Shown here: in pieces, positions 42,050-57,500 of the stretch
How positions within the stretch are numbered: position 1 is the stretch's first letter
Layout: every line of letters begins with the position of its first letter
The notes under the pieces: model-generated
Databases searched by the model: none
What the model saw: the letters and a program-made list of their open reading frames with translations, nothing else
Told to the model about the DNA's origin: nothing
Made by a program: the position numbers and the translations under genes
Assembly: GCA_003344405.1 (NCBI GenBank)
Contig: NOWV01000018.1
Coordinates: forward strand, 372,001 to 436,000
Reading direction: 5' to 3'
Origin: Trichoplax sp. H2
Lineage: Eukaryota
Length of the DNA stretch: 64,000 nucleotides

Positions 42050-42690
42050 TAGAATTCGTGCAATGGAAAGATACATAGATGATATCGTTGATAGTTTAAC
42101 TGTTTATACTATAAAGAAAAGCATAATCGAATTTGATTCAACTCATGATATTATACACTATGAACGATGCTTGTGATTTCTTTAGCAACGGTGTGGATAG
42201 CAAAATCAAAATACCAGATAGTAGCCAATGATTTATATATCACTTTGCTTAAATAAGAAATCGTTATGAGGCGGGCTAATTTTATTTTTTAAAATTCATG
42301 CTTATATTAGATAGTGCTGATAGATTAATTGCTTACAATCTTACAGCAGTAAAAATTTTTTTAGTATTTTACACTTAGTAAGACTAAGAATTCATGCGAT
42401 AAAAAGATACACAGAAGATATTGTAGATAGACTAACCGTTTTATACCGTAATATAATGAAAAAGCTTGATTACGTTTGATTCAACTCATATTATAGATGG
42501 GCGATACTTCTGATTTTTTCAGTAACAGTATCGATAGCAAAATAAAGATACTACATAGTAGCCAATAATTTATACATCATTTTGTTTTATTTACAAATCG
42601 ATATGAGATTTGGCTGATTTTTATGACTAAAATTTATGCCGCTAGATTGCTGATCATGGTAAATATTATGATTATGCAATCTTACGGTAT
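42050..42690. repeat. Diverged tandem duplication, two copies of ~335 bp
   Basis: gaattc.tgc.at..aaagataca.aga.gatat...tttgattcaactcat...gatagcaaaat.aa.atac...atagtagccaat.atttata.atca at ~42053 and ~42388. Confidence 0.8.
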
Positions 42691-44854
42691 GTTTACTAAT
42701 CATAACATTCTTCTCTAGTGGTAATCTTAAATTCAGTTGACCTCTTCTGTCATGGTTTAGTTAGAGCTGGATGACAATAAGGTGTAAAATAATTGGCTGA
42801 GCAATGTAAGTTATAGATGTGTTTACTTTTGCAGCACTTTCAATAGTAGCAACGTTAAAGCCAATTATCCTCTTTCGTTACGCTCCAATGAATACTAAAC
42901 ATGCAGAGAAAGGATGGCAATTAATATCTTGAAGCGCAAGCTATAACAGTTAACACAGTTTAAATATACACCTTACGCTATTCCTTGCCGATATAATCTT
43001 AAAGACAATTATCCTTTGCTAAGATGTTTTGATACAATCTCAATCGTTAAGAATTGTGAGAAGAATTTAATTGTTCTTGTTAATGCACAATCATGATTCA
43101 GTAGTGGTAGAAGAGAAGGGGAAAAGTGCGACTTCAAATCTCCCAGACATAGTCGCAATCTTGAACTACGTAATCCACATTGTAATTTTACAATTGAATA
43201 TTGAAGATTGCACTAATTGTTAATTATAGTTCAGAACAGAATTGTGGTTTCATTTATAGGCAAAACAAGCGGATTAACTACCCCAGTTACTGCTCCATTC
43301 CATTTTTTAATTATAATTTTCGTAATTATATTAGTTGGAAATAGATTCTGCGTTTACTTACCTTTAAATCTTATTTTTTGTTTGTATCCTGGAAGATTTC
43401 ATTACCGGGTGTCTAAATCTAATTTATTTACCCTTTCAGATATTCGTATATCATACCGCTATAGTAAATTTTATTACAGCGATTAATATTTTCGACGTTA
43501 TCCTTTTTAAAGCTGTTAATCAGAAGTCCTATGAGATATTTAGCGTTCAAGAGAAGGTAGTAAATTGGTCAGAATTTAAAATATAAATATGTGTCCATCT
43601 TGAGAATATATGCTGGTTAGTGGATATGGTAAAAATTATTGGGAGGCTTGGCGAACTCCGAAGTGATTAAGAACTCAAAAAAAATTATATACCCCTTTAC
43701 TTCTAATTTCTCTCAGCTCTTCCCTAATAGCTGATGTACTCAAAATTCGATGTAGAATATTAAAACAAACTCAGCATTGCCATTATTCACGAGTTCGAGT
43801 GCTTCTATGATTGGCTGCAAATAAACTCAACGCTTCTCTGTCCATAATTTAAATTGATTGCTGGGCTTAGTATGAATTTTAAAGACTGATCAAGGCTATT
43901 CAAAACATCCTTCTTCTTGGAGATAAAGTAAAAGTTCTGAAATTTATCAATTATTAGCAATTAGCTCATTGTTAAGCGTGCTTTTTCCGAAATCTTGCAA
44001 TGATTATGATGGCTATTTTGTATTCAGAAATGTCTATTGTCCTGCACATTTCTGTACCGATTAACTATCTGCAAGGCTAACTGCATTGCATAAATAAAAC
44101 TTCTGCCGGATGTACTACACTCAATAAGTATTTTCTATCGCTATCCATTCATAACATATGAGTGCAGAGCAATTTATGCCTTACAATATTCTTTGATCAA
44201 GTCAATTCTGCGTGAGCTTGTACTATAGAGAAATACTCGGGTGTAAATCGTTCTCAATTCATGGTCTTTGCTATACTATTTGTTCATACGGGTAGTATGG
44301 ATAGATTGGCCATCAAAGTATAAATTCATCCATTCGCCAAGACCACTGGAGTATGACATTTTTACAAAATGATCTTAGATAGATTTGAAAACGTTTGAAA
44401 TTGGCATTCTGTTTTTATTGCGTCAAGTTAAAATTCATTTTAAGTCAACACTATTGTGAATTCTTCATCGAATAACGAATAGGGAAGGTAATTTTACTCT
44501 AAATTAAGATTTTTTGTTATATTTTATCAGAACCACCTTGAGTTTTCCTTTAGTTATGCATGTCCTGAGTGTAGTTTACAATACGGACTCTTCTTTCGTT
44601 TTATACTTTATAAAGCTTTCCATGTTGGCCATTCCTTCCATTATCATTGTAATTAATATCATTTTATTGTGATATTTACCTGTTTACTAAAGTAATTACT
44701 GAAACGGGATTATGCAGCAGTACCGTATTAATAAATATCTCAGAAGTGGTCATAAGGGTCGATTGACTCATGTTTTCATCAAGACTTTTAAGTATTTTAT
44801 TAATCCTGACTCTACTTTATCGCTCTTAAAAAGAATTTATAGAGATTATTAGTA

Positions 44855-45350
44855 TAGACTATTGCAAATATTTTTATTTCTGATAATAATTGGTAATGAC
44901 TATACAATTTTTACATTAAATTAATGATTTTTGCCATATTTTACTGCAGTTTATAAACCACTATATCATATAGAATCTGATTTTCGTACAAATATTTTTA
45001 TTTTCAATAACAATTGGTAATGATAATTTTACTTGACGGCAATAGTTTTTGCCACGTTTTACTTAAACTTATAGGTTACTTATCTTACCGAGCCCAATTT
45101 TCCGTATCAATATTTTTGTTACCGTTAGCTGATAATGATAATTTTTACCGCTATTAAATTAATCATTTTCGTCACACTTTAAAAGGACTTACATATCACT
45201 ACTTTATATTGACTCCGATTTGCATAAATATATTTTTATTTGAGTTAATAATTGGTAATGATAATTTTTACTCTAAATGAAAGATTTTTACCACATTTTA
45301 CGGCTGGACTTATAGACCATAACATTATATTGAGTCCAAATTTCCGTAAT
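44855..45350. repeat. Minisatellite-like tandem array, about four copies of ~120 bp
   Basis: aatatttttattt...aata.aattggtaatgataattttac...tttt.cca..tttta recurs at ~44867, 44991, 45108 and 45228, just upstream of the LGR signal exon. Confidence 0.8.
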
Positions 45351-45576
45351 TGTTTAATGTACTCAGCGAATTCCGTAACATTTGCCCCATGACAGTTTTA
45401 GTCATCAAATTGATATACAATAAGTAACTATGTTTGACATTAACAGCACATAGAAAAACAAGCTAGATGTATGATCCACTATCGGAAAGTTTCAAGTCAC
45501 CTATCATTAAAGCCTTTTGTTCTAAATTCTATACAATTATCGTTTTCTGATAAATTAGATGAAGTTAGCGTGTAAA

Positions 45577-48500
45577 ATGAAATGGATCTCTTTGGTAGCT
45601 TTATGGATTTGGACTACGATAACTTCAGGTAGCGTAATCTACCATTATTTATGCAAAACTCTTGAATATTTTTAGGTTAAAAATACAAAATCATCTGATA
45701 TAGTGCTATAATAATTATAACGCTTAACTCCTACACAAGAATGAACACTGAAATAATCTCATTAGCATGAAAAAATTAGCTTACGTATTCTTTCTTAATT
45801 AGGTAATGCGGAAAATTGTCCCCAATACTGTTTGTGCTTGCAAGGTCTTATTTCATGTCAAGATGCTCGAACAAGCACGGTTCCAGTCAGCAATGTGACA
45901 CGTCCAGATGTATTAGTTCTGTAAGTGATTCAAAAAGGCTTTTCTTAGGTATTTTCTAGCTTCAATAGATCATAAAGGTCCTTTTCTAGTATCATTTAAT
46001 ATAGACTAGATTTGATTTTTGTAAAAGCTTTAGTTATCCTGTCTCTGATTAATTTTTCGATGACAAACCAAGTTGATAATTCTGAAACACGGCTGAGTTG
46101 TACAGTATACGAATATTCCGACATTAATATTCGCATTGTATTTAATACTCTCGCTTAATACCTCCCCTTCTTTGTACTTCTACATTCTTCAAGATATTTG
46201 CTACTTTTATATGTGGCATATACAAATAATAATTAATTGCTGATATAGCTATTTAGATAGTATATAGATACTTCAGTTGGATAGCTATTCCTTCCGTGGC
46301 TTTAAAATTTTACAATTTCTATTAGTTGATCCCGCTTAGAAGCGTATCCATAACATTTTTACAATTATACAACAATTTAATAATTTTTTGCCTCTATAAT
46401 ATCTCCTAGATTCTATAATGGAACTTCTGTTAGATCAATCAAAGCACAAAATTTTATCAACTACCCTAATTTGTTAAACATGTAAGTACCATAAAAAAAT
46501 GAAATACTATCTACTCGCCAACTTTTATGATCTTTTGTTATTTTGAGAGGAAGGATTTGATATCCTATGTATACTCGTATTTTATAAGGAATCAGCTCAC
46601 CTTTTTTTCCTATATTTATAAAGATATTTATCTGCAAATTTTTATTTTTTTGGATATCTCAGTTAACTACTACCCCAATTTAGGTATAGTATACGCATAT
46701 ACATTGCGCAGATTAGTTAGTTATGTAACTTTATCATTTAATTGAGATACTGGTCGGTTATACAACTAATACCAATTTATGCATAGTATAGCTTACCGTA
46801 TTTTGAACGAAAGGTTAGCTATCTCAATTAGAAGCCTGGTTACCGAATTACAGTTGCATAGTAAACAGGGATTAGCAAGATTTAGAAATCCTTGATGGTA
46901 AAGTAGATTACGTTTTCCTATAGAGTATCTTAGTTCATTAGGCGGTGCCATTTTTTGTATATATAACTATTTTGTAGCTATACGTATCAAGTACAACTAG
47001 CTTCCTTTAATCCTTAATTCGAGTTTAATATTGAAGTCAATTTATTTCCTATCACACCATAACTAGCTACCTTATTCAGTTACAAAAGTTCTATATAATT
47101 TTTTTATAATTATTGTATAGAAGGTCAGCAATCGGTAGTCATTTTATTCTCTAATTGCAATTGCATCCGGAGTAATTTGCGATTTGTATCTCAGTAAATT
47201 GTACAGGCTCATGTATAGCTAATAAACTATAACAAATATATATGCTGGTGTAATTATTTCAAATCAATCAAATCCTTGAAAAATAAAATTTTTATTTTGC
47301 TTTCTTAAGAGGCTATACTCAATCGAGCTAAACACTCGCTGCAAATATCCACTTAGAGTGGATATCAATATTTTTTTAAAATAAGCCGAAGAGAGTAAAT
47401 CATTAAAGGCATTAAAGATATGAAAGCTATAGTAGAATGGAATAATATTATTTAGTTCTTGTTCGTAATACTGTAGATCATTCTCATTATTACTAGAATT
47501 TTTGCCCATAATGCCATCGAGGTCATTGAGCCAAATGCTTTCTGTGGATTAAACGGACTTCGGAATTTGTATGTATGATCTTGAGTTAAATTAAAAAATA
47601 ATCAATTTTCTAAGACAAGCTATCATACTGCTACGGTATTAATCTCAGTAAATTAAAGAATAGTCGGCGAGAAGCGCTCTTATTTTGCGACTTCATCTGA
47701 TCTTTTACTATCTTGTATGATTGCTATCGTGGTGAAGACGATTAAATTCCAATGGCTTGAAGCGGATTAACAATGACACTTTTGCATGTTTACCTTATTT
47801 AAAGATCCTGTAAGTTGGAGAATATAACATTAAAGCAGTGTAGTTTTAATTATTATTAGCTTATAATATTGCTACTTCTACCGTACCCGATGTAAATCGC
47901 TTGGTTGCAACATTTGAATAGCCAATGAAGTTTATTTCAATCTTGATAGCCTTAAAATTAGCTTATGATCCGATATTGCGACTGATTTATGGCTCATTGG
48001 AATATAAATCTATTTTTTCTCCTATAGCAATATGGATTATAACGATATCGATGCGATCGAATCGCGAGCACTGTGTGGACTGAAAAATCTAGAGACCTTG
48101 TAAGGCGTTCTTAGAAACTTGTTGCCAATGTAAAACTTTTCCATTCCAAAAATGCATTCAGATAGCTTGATTTAGACACAGAGAACTCCTGATACATAAT
48201 TTATTGCATCCTTATTTATCTAAAGAATGAATTGATTGAAATGCTTGTTAATTGATTGGTCCTTCTTTATGGATTTACGTAGGCATTTAACTAGCAATAA
48301 TCTGAAATCCATACCGCAAGATACGTTTTCTTGCCTAACGACATTAAAATTTCTGTAAGTGTTTGTAAATAAATATTTGTACGGTAATACTATGTATGTC
48401 TGATAGTGACTACGTAGATTATAAGACTGGTTAAAGTCAAATATCTATTCTTTAACTAGAATCAATCAATTAAAATAAAACTTATTAAACGCATTCCATG

Positions 48501-51500
48501 CACATATATATAAATTTTATTACTATTGTTTTCAAGATTAGAACTACTGTACATTTCATAAACGATTTGTTTCTGGCAACTCGCAAGATTATGCCAGCTA
48601 CATTTTATGATTCATAAAATGAGTAATATTCATGGTTTTGGGTTATGCAGAGCTATGCTTGATAGTCAGTGATTTTAAATAATACGTACAATGTAGTTAG
48701 CAACTCTGATCGAAATTATCTAACCAGTGTTATAATTTTAATTTCATAAACTCGTAAATAAAAATTTCCATCGATTTTACCTCCTAAAGAACGTCAATCG
48801 TATTACATACATCGATAGAATTTTATTTAAGGAATCGAATCGTCACCTAAGTCTGACAAGCATTAATACAATTCAATTGTTTGCAGATATTTAGATTATA
48901 ATGGCGTAGGAGTAATTGATCCGAAGATGTTTTGTGGACTGAATTATCTAAAGACATTGTGAGTACAATTAACGTTTCTTCTGTTGTATCGCTCCTATTT
49001 ATCGGAGAATTAGGAAAATGAATTAATTTTAAACTGATGAGATAAATGACATTTCTAGCTCAGTGATGATGATATAGCTAACCCATTTTGTCCATTATGG
49101 ATTACGTTTTCGTACCTTTGAATAGATCTCTTACTGGTAATCAAATTAAAAAAGTATCGAACGAAACTCTGGCATATTTAGATTCATTGACAACTCTGTA
49201 AGTTAAAATAGGACCACGAGAATATAGTGACACTAGTGGAAAAAAGTTACTATAGTCGTGTAGATATGCTTCGTAGATCCGATATCTGATGATTCACAAC
49301 GACAGAATAAGAGATAGTCATAATGAAATTATGATTACATTCTAAGCTGAACTAATATAAATCTGCCTAAAGTTCTGAAAATACTTTATATTTTATGACA
49401 TTTCCTGGGATTTTAACTATATTTGTACTTCTCTTTTAAACCGTTTAGGAATTTAGGCTTTAACGATATTGATACATTAGATAATAATCCATTTTGTGGC
49501 ATAATGGGCTTGCAATTTCTGTAAGTTGCATTATAAAATTTTTGTATGATCAAAAAGAAATACTATGTGCAATTAAGAAATTAATTCATATCAACGTTAA
49601 TTCAATTTTAAACATTTTCTAATTATAATTAATTTCTTCAAATTCTAATAGTCAACTAACCAGTAACAAGATAAAAATTTTACGCAATAGAAGTTTGACA
49701 TGCCTTCAGTCATTGCTGTTTTTGTAAGTTGTAATTTGCTATTTGGAAATTTATATTTTTATCCTTTGATTTTATACAAATTCAGTAGTAAATATTCATA
49801 TTAGTCATCAATATGGCTTATTTACACGTACATGCTACCATAGCTATGATTGCCAGTCTTATTATCTGAATGGGGAAAACAAGCTCAATCAAGCTTTTAA
49901 CTAATAAAATTGTAAAATCTTGCATAACTATTTTAGACATATTAATTAATTTTGTTTATTAATGTTTTGATCATTAAAATAAGATGTAGCAATACTTTTA
50001 CATGCTAGAGTAAATATTTTACGCAATTATAGAAATATTATGATAGCTAGTTCCAAATTATGGCCCATTTTTACTATTGATGCTGAATAGAGCAGTTATA
50101 ACATATTTTCTTTTTCCTTTTTTTAAACTTGGATCTGAACGAAAGATCTCTTGATCATAATTCGATCGATACTGTTGAAGAAGATACATTTTCAGGATTG
50201 CGACAATTAATCAAATTGTAAGTTTACTGACGAATTATTCTACTATTGGATATCGGTTCTTTTGCTAACTTAGAATTAGTAACAGCGTATCTTGCTGCTA
50301 TTCTTATTTATACGATTCAATAACATTATGACTATTTTTAAAATAAAATAGCAACTAATTGAATTTATACTGTACAGATAGCCATATAACATTGGTATTT
50401 AATACGGCAATTTCTTATATTATGACTGATAATAATAATTATAGTAAATATGATGAGTTCTCTACACTGCTGTTAGTTTATTTAGTTATAACTCACAGCA
50501 TTAGCTAGCTTTACCTACATCAAACCAGTATGAAAGGTTTTTATGTTAAATTACAAATTATCTGCTCAAACTACACCTAACTTTTACTTGAATTTGCGTT
50601 ATTTGAAGAGATTTATCAGCGAATCTTTTAAGGAGGGTACCGTCAAGCTTTTTTAGAGATCTCACATCATTGATATATTTGTAAGTATAATAACTACATA
50701 ACTAAATTCAGTAAAACTAAATATAGCAATTTACGTAGTATCATAAAATAGATCCAGAGCAGTGATGACGGTTAAGATTTAAATATAAAGTTCATGACTA
50801 TTTGTGTTTTAATCATGGACTTTGTATCCTTATTGTAGGGATCTCGATTATAATCTTATCGAAAGCATTGAGCCAAAATCCTTTTGTGGAATCAATCGGT
50901 TGCAAACTTTGTGAGTTAATACGATCATTTAGAAGAACCTTCAAATTCCAGTACATGATTTCAAACAATAACTGATTAATATTGAGGTAATAAATGCATT
51001 AATTTGCTTTTTCCCAATAATCGCAATGATTAGGCTCTTAAATGGCAATAAAATCAAAGAAATAAAGTTGGAATCTAGTTTGGCCTGTCTATCTTCGCTA
51101 CATACCTTGTAAGAAATTTTTCTTGTACTATAACTGAAGATATTTAAGTAAATATCCTAACGTTTCACAATTTATGCCTCTTTTAAGCCAATGAATGCAG
51201 TAATACTAAAATTATCTTGTAAATGCTAGCCGATCATTCGCTGATTCTAGTTTTGTCACACGGCATCAATCAGTTCTTTGTTGTTCATGTACCCTTTCCA
51301 TGATTGAGTTCATTTCTTACCTTTACTACTACGTAATATCACCATGTTAAACAGTACACAGCGAATATATATACAAATACTAGTATTAGCTGTGTCGATG
51401 GATTGTTAAAATTTACCTTTTAGCTACAGATACTGATGGGCAAAATTACTCAATCAATGATTTATTTGTGATTGGTTCTATTTACATCGGGTTGCTTTTT

Positions 51501-54500
51501 CTATTCCTATAGAAATCTTCAGCACAATTTTATAAGCAGAATAGATTCTCGGTCTTTTTGTCATTTAGATAAACTAGCTCATCTGTAAGTCTTGATTTAT
51601 TATTGTCTTATTAACTGTTAATACCAATTATTTGGGGGATCATTAATAGCAGTCATATCCTTAATCAACTCAGAAAACAATTGTTACAAATATGTAGATA
51701 GCATCGACTGATAATTTTTTCATATTTGTATTTGTAAGGTTCCTGCAGAATAATTTTTTAAGCAAAATAGATTCTGGAGATTTTGATTGCCTTCCGCAAT
51801 TAAAGACATTGTATGTAGCTTGCAATCAATCTATAAGATGACTTAGCTGGTTCAATTATTAACTTTATCAGCGCTGTAAATTTTATATTGCTTTACTAAT
51901 ATTCTGGCTTACGCATTTAATAATTAGGCGTTTATCATTTAACTCGATAAATACAATAGCTGCTAATTCATTTTGCGGAGCCCAAATGATACAAGAACTG
52001 TAAGTAAAAGCCAATTTTATTATTTCATGTTCTATCATACTTAATATGACGGTGTGCTTGATTCTGGGATCCAAGTTAGTTTAGCAGACTAGTCAACCCC
52101 TAAATTAGCCTTTCATGTATCTTCTTAACTGTCCTCGCTAGATTACTGGAAGGAAATGAATTAAAAGAACTACACAATGATAGTTTTGCCTGTCTTTCAT
52201 CTTTGACGAACTTGTAAGTTTCTAAAATCAATTAGATGGTTAGCCATAGATTTCTTTAGTTGAAGTAGAAAGCTGTGGTAGTCAACAGAAATTTTGATGA
52301 TAACATCTGTGTTAATTAATGAGCGAATACACATCTTTTAGTACAAAATATCCGACATATAGCGCTTTCATTTAAAATATATGCAGAACGAACTATTAAT
52401 TTCTCTAGCTGGGTGTAGATGATGAATATAATCGACATATTTCAAGCAATATAGATTACCTAAATTTAAGGCAAATAATAGCTCATAAACTTACAAATTA
52501 GAGACATTGACTTCGCCAAGTTGGAAACAATCCATCCAAGGACATTCTGCCCATTATCAAGTATCGTAGATTTGTAAGTCATTAATCGATTTCTATCTAC
52601 CCTAAATGATGATCATAACATTTTAATATCAGTACGGGATACAATTGGCCTACTATAATATTCAAATGATACATATTAGGCACTTGGAAGGTAACCGTTT
52701 AACAGAACTTTGGTATGATAGCCTCGCATGCCTAGGATCCATTACAGGATTGTAAGTAGTTGTATAAACACGTTCGCTATCTATCAACAGCTTGTATTTT
52801 AACTGCCGTCACTTGCTAGATCGCTGAACGGAAATAATATTCAAGAGCTGCCACCGAGGAGTTTTGAAACATTAATATCCTTGAAAACGCTGTAAGACAG
52901 AAATTTTTGTAATATTTCGCTATATTCTGCCATGAATCGCTAACACTCCAGATCTATGTCGATTAACATTATTAACGTAAAATATTTATAAGGAACTAAC
53001 TATTCTGAGCGTACCCAACTATTAAATTTTCGTATTGGAGTTTTCATCATAACCATTTCCTTCGTCTTCATGTCGTATTTAATAACGTAATTGTAGCCAT
53101 TAGCGCGTTGTAAAATATTTGCTTACTCTGACATGCCATAAAATATACCAATATATTTGATATAGCTACATATCAAAAAGTTATAGAAATTTCTTAGTTA
53201 GAACAAAATACTTATAATAGATTGAGAGCTAGCGAAACAGATCTAAAATTAAAGCTGCGATAAACTACTAATTTTTGGCTGATATTTTTAAATAGGGAAA
53301 TCAGTAACTGCGAACTGACTGTCATAAATGAATATCAATTTATTGGTCTTATTAGTTTGGAGAAACTGTAATTGGATTAAACGTTTATTATATATATATA
53401 AATTATATTTAGATTCTCGGCGCTTTACCCAGACTATAATAAAATGTTAGTGATGCCTTAATAACGTGACTTAATAATCATTTATTCAAATAAATACTAG
53501 GGTATTAAGGTCTAATAATATCCATACCATTTTGAAGACAGCATTCGACGGACTGGATGCATTGCAACGTTTGTAAGTTGGTTTGGATATTAAATCTTGT
53601 GCAGCGTTTAATAACATTATAGTAAATAAATACTTTCGAAATATATTTCATTTTGATGTTATAACTTCATTCTGTAGGAAATGGATTCTAAAAATATTCT
53701 TTGGATCATTTAACAGTATACTTTTATTGCAATTAGAGATTTGACTGACAACGCATTATTTGCCTTAAACTCGACAACATTTCAAAATTTAACTGCGTTG
53801 CAGGAACTGTAAGTTACCAAATACCAATTACTACTCGTGTGCTGTAATTTCAACCCAAAGAGTTAAGCAACCATTGTATAAGCATCTTTACCCGTACAGA
53901 AATACTATAGCATAATTGAATATAATAAATTTAAACCCATTACAAATAAATATTACTTACAGAAAACCACTCAATGAGTAGATTTAATATTGAAATAGAC
54001 GAGTCTCGGTTTACGATACCGGATAATTACTATAATAAAACTTGAAGTAATCATTGTAACTTTGCTATAAAATTTACTGTCTTTGATAAGTTTTAGCTAA
54101 TTGAAAATATAACTGCTATGATTCGCGATTAGATATTTAGATGAGAATACCATTAAGAACTTGGAAGCGAAACAATTTGAAAACCTATCTAATTTACGAT
54201 TTTTGTAAGTTTACTCTAAAGCATTTAGGATTTACGATATATTTGATACTAGATATGGTATCGTAAGTGCGGTATATTCGTTTAGAAACTATGTTCTAGT
54301 TTAATATTTGATGGAATTTGCTTAGTTCTGCGATGTCTATGAAAAATTCGAATAGATATCGCAAGAGTAGGTGTTTCATTTGTAAGCTATACACTTGATA
54401 TCAGAAATGCAATTGCGAAGATTAAATACTCAATCTTCTCTAATATACTATAGGATGTATGTCAACAAAGAATTTGAAATTTTATAAAAATACAAACGTT

Positions 54501-57500
54501 ATTTTCTAAATTTCGATAATATTTGTGTAGTGTTTAGGACTAGCTACATAGCTAAGAGTAAACAGTTGTGCGTAGCTGTCCATGACAGACGTTGTAAAGA
54601 AATTCTTTTAACGCAATATAATAATAGATGTTAAATTCCATGCGTATAAATAAAATTTATTTGAAGATGAATCTCATCGTTTGCTGCATATTAAACTTTA
54701 ATAAAATTACTAAGTCTATGGTAATTATTCAATATTAGATCGTTAAAAACTAATGGAATCGTAAGTGTGCATCCTGAAGCATTCTTTGGATTGCATAATC
54801 TCAAGAGATTGTAAGCATCGAATGATTATTATTATCTCTAGATTTAACGTTGAATCCTACATTACCATGTTGGATATTATTACTTACCAATTAATAAAAA
54901 TTACATCTGTAAATATCATCTATAATTAAAATCTGTATTTGTTTCAGCCTTTACTTCTGTGATATTTTTTAGACAGCTCGATGGCAATCGTATCATCAAT
55001 ATAAAGGATTTAAAGTTACCGGATGCTTTGACATTGGATATTTTGTAAGCAAAATTAATTAGGAATTTAGTCTACAAAACACTAAAATTAATTCGATAAA
55101 GTAGGTAAGGTTATAAATTTGACTGATATTTGAAAGTAAATTTAGCGTTAATGTCAGCGAATTTATATATTGCTCATCTTTGTTATGAATAGTAACAGAA
55201 TATATCGTTGCTTTTAATTGTGGATATAGAAGCTTATCCAAATCTAACTTGCAAAATCTTGCAAAATTTGAAACTCTACTGAGCAATGTAACGGTGAAAA
55301 TAATGTAAGCACCATCGAATTCACACGCATTTTATAATTCCTAATATAACTAGCAAGATAATGTCGACGAACTATATTATAATATATCAAAATATCAATT
55401 ATATCTCTTCATTTTCAAGGCACACTGCTCCATGCTCGGTTTAATCTTAATCTAGTATAAGTTAATCTTTTTTTTTCTCTATCTTGTCACTTATTTCAGG
55501 GATTTATCCGATAATTTATTTCATGAACATACTAATTTTCACTTCTATGATTATCAATCCTTGTAAGTTTGTAAATATCTAGTTGATAGCTATATATTTC
55601 ACGTATTTTAATCAGCAAAAATGGCCCATTTAATAGATTAGAACCGTTGTTACTCAATCTTACTAAAAATTATCTACCTGCAAGTAAAATTTTGTTCTTG
55701 TACTTTTATCGTGCATATAAGAGAAAGTGTGGAGAGCTAGCGCCATCTTATAAGAATTAATTGTAGTTTAAAGTTAAATGCTTAGTATAAGTGCAATTTT
55801 TTTACAATTTTTTCTCTAGAAATTTATCCTATAATTTCTTACAAGAAGATTTTCCCCTGAATTTCTCTAATATTCCATCGCTACGTCATTTGTGAGTAAA
55901 TTCTAGCGAATCGAAAATAAAATAGCTAGAAAATTCAAACTTTGGAGTAGGATGTGCTTAAAGTTAAAGTATAACATTTATGTACGGTAAAATGTAATCT
56001 TGACCTCCAATCATTCTGGGTATTATTTTCATGCAATTTATGGAAGAGTTAATCATTGCTAGTATAGTGTTAGTCTGTTAGTAATCATTCTCAGATTCAG
56101 TCTTGGATTTTTGCAATAGCATGTGCATGAGGTATATGTTATCCGTTAGAGTCAATTTTTTAAAGACACCGCCATGCACAACTTGCAACATTTTCATGAA
56201 GGTATTTACCACTTAAAGCCAACGTTTTCGTTGTATTATCTTTTATTTACAGAGATTTAACTGGAAACCGATATCGACACATTAATGAACGTTTCATGGC
56301 CGTATGGAAAGGATCAATAATGCTATCAATGTAGGCTTAGGAAGGGTGTAATCTATTTTGGTTAAATGAATATGATATTCTTTATAGCAATCCAATTTAA
56401 GGATATTCAATGGAAAAAGTAGTGGATCTAATTTAAAAGACCACAATATCATTCCTTGACTACTTTAATTTTAATTTAAGTAACATTTCATCGAATTCAT
56501 TGGAATCGATTGAAGCTGATACATTTAAGTCTTTGACTGAGCTCAATTCGTTGTATGTATCCTTCTTTGCGTTACATTTTTCTTATTGAATTTATATCGA
56601 AAAGTATTGATAAATACAAACGGATATTGCCTAATAGATATTTGCGAAACAATTATTTGACCAAAATGACCTTTATACGACCTTTATCTAAACTCAGTAT
56701 CCTGTAAGTACTTATTCTCATTATCAATTTGGAATCACAGTTTTATTAACATATAAACTACTTCAAAATGTAGTCAAACATATGTTTAGACAGACAAATG
56801 GCGGTATTAATGTACCGATACTGCAGAATATTATATAACTTTGAATCAGATATTTAATACTGTGCTTATTCGATGATTAAATTATACCTATTAGCATTCA
56901 TAAATTGGAATAATTAGAAGTTATTAAACTTCAGAGAGGATTAACTGATGGTATAATTATTAAGATAACATTATATTTAAATTATTTATAGATCGCTGGG
57001 TAGAAATAATTTTAAAACATTGTATAAAGAGGATTTCATGAACTTAACTGATTTGCGAGAACTGTAAGCTACAGCAATCGCTAAACCTGTTTCTAATTTC
57101 CTTAGTTTAAAGTTATCAGCTATATTCTATAGATTTGTGTTTGATGCCGCTCGAATGCTTCTATTAAATTTCCGACTTACTTTAGTTACTTGGATAACAA
57201 CCGAATTGGATACCTACGTGGAAACTATTTTGAAAATATCCAGCTAACTACTCTGTAACAGAAAATTTTCTTATGAATGTAGCTACGTCATGATTTAAAT
57301 TAAGGAAATTAATTTTAAATCGTGCTATGGGGATACTAGGTTTCTGGAAAATAATATGATATCGTCAGTTGTTGATGTTTTTACCAATTCCTCATCGCTA
57401 AAGACTTTGTAAGCTTCACATAACTTATACTAATTCTACTGGGTATTTTCAATACATCTATAGACAAGTGTAGAAATTTATAATTTCATGCATATATATT

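Noticed and set aside
36174-43486. ORFs at 36174, 40807 and 43217
   Set aside because: No domain signal and no supporting splice chain.
44855-45350. Regularly spaced repeats as a possible CRISPR-like array
   Set aside because: Eukaryotic context, whole units are similar (no unique spacers), and no cas genes.
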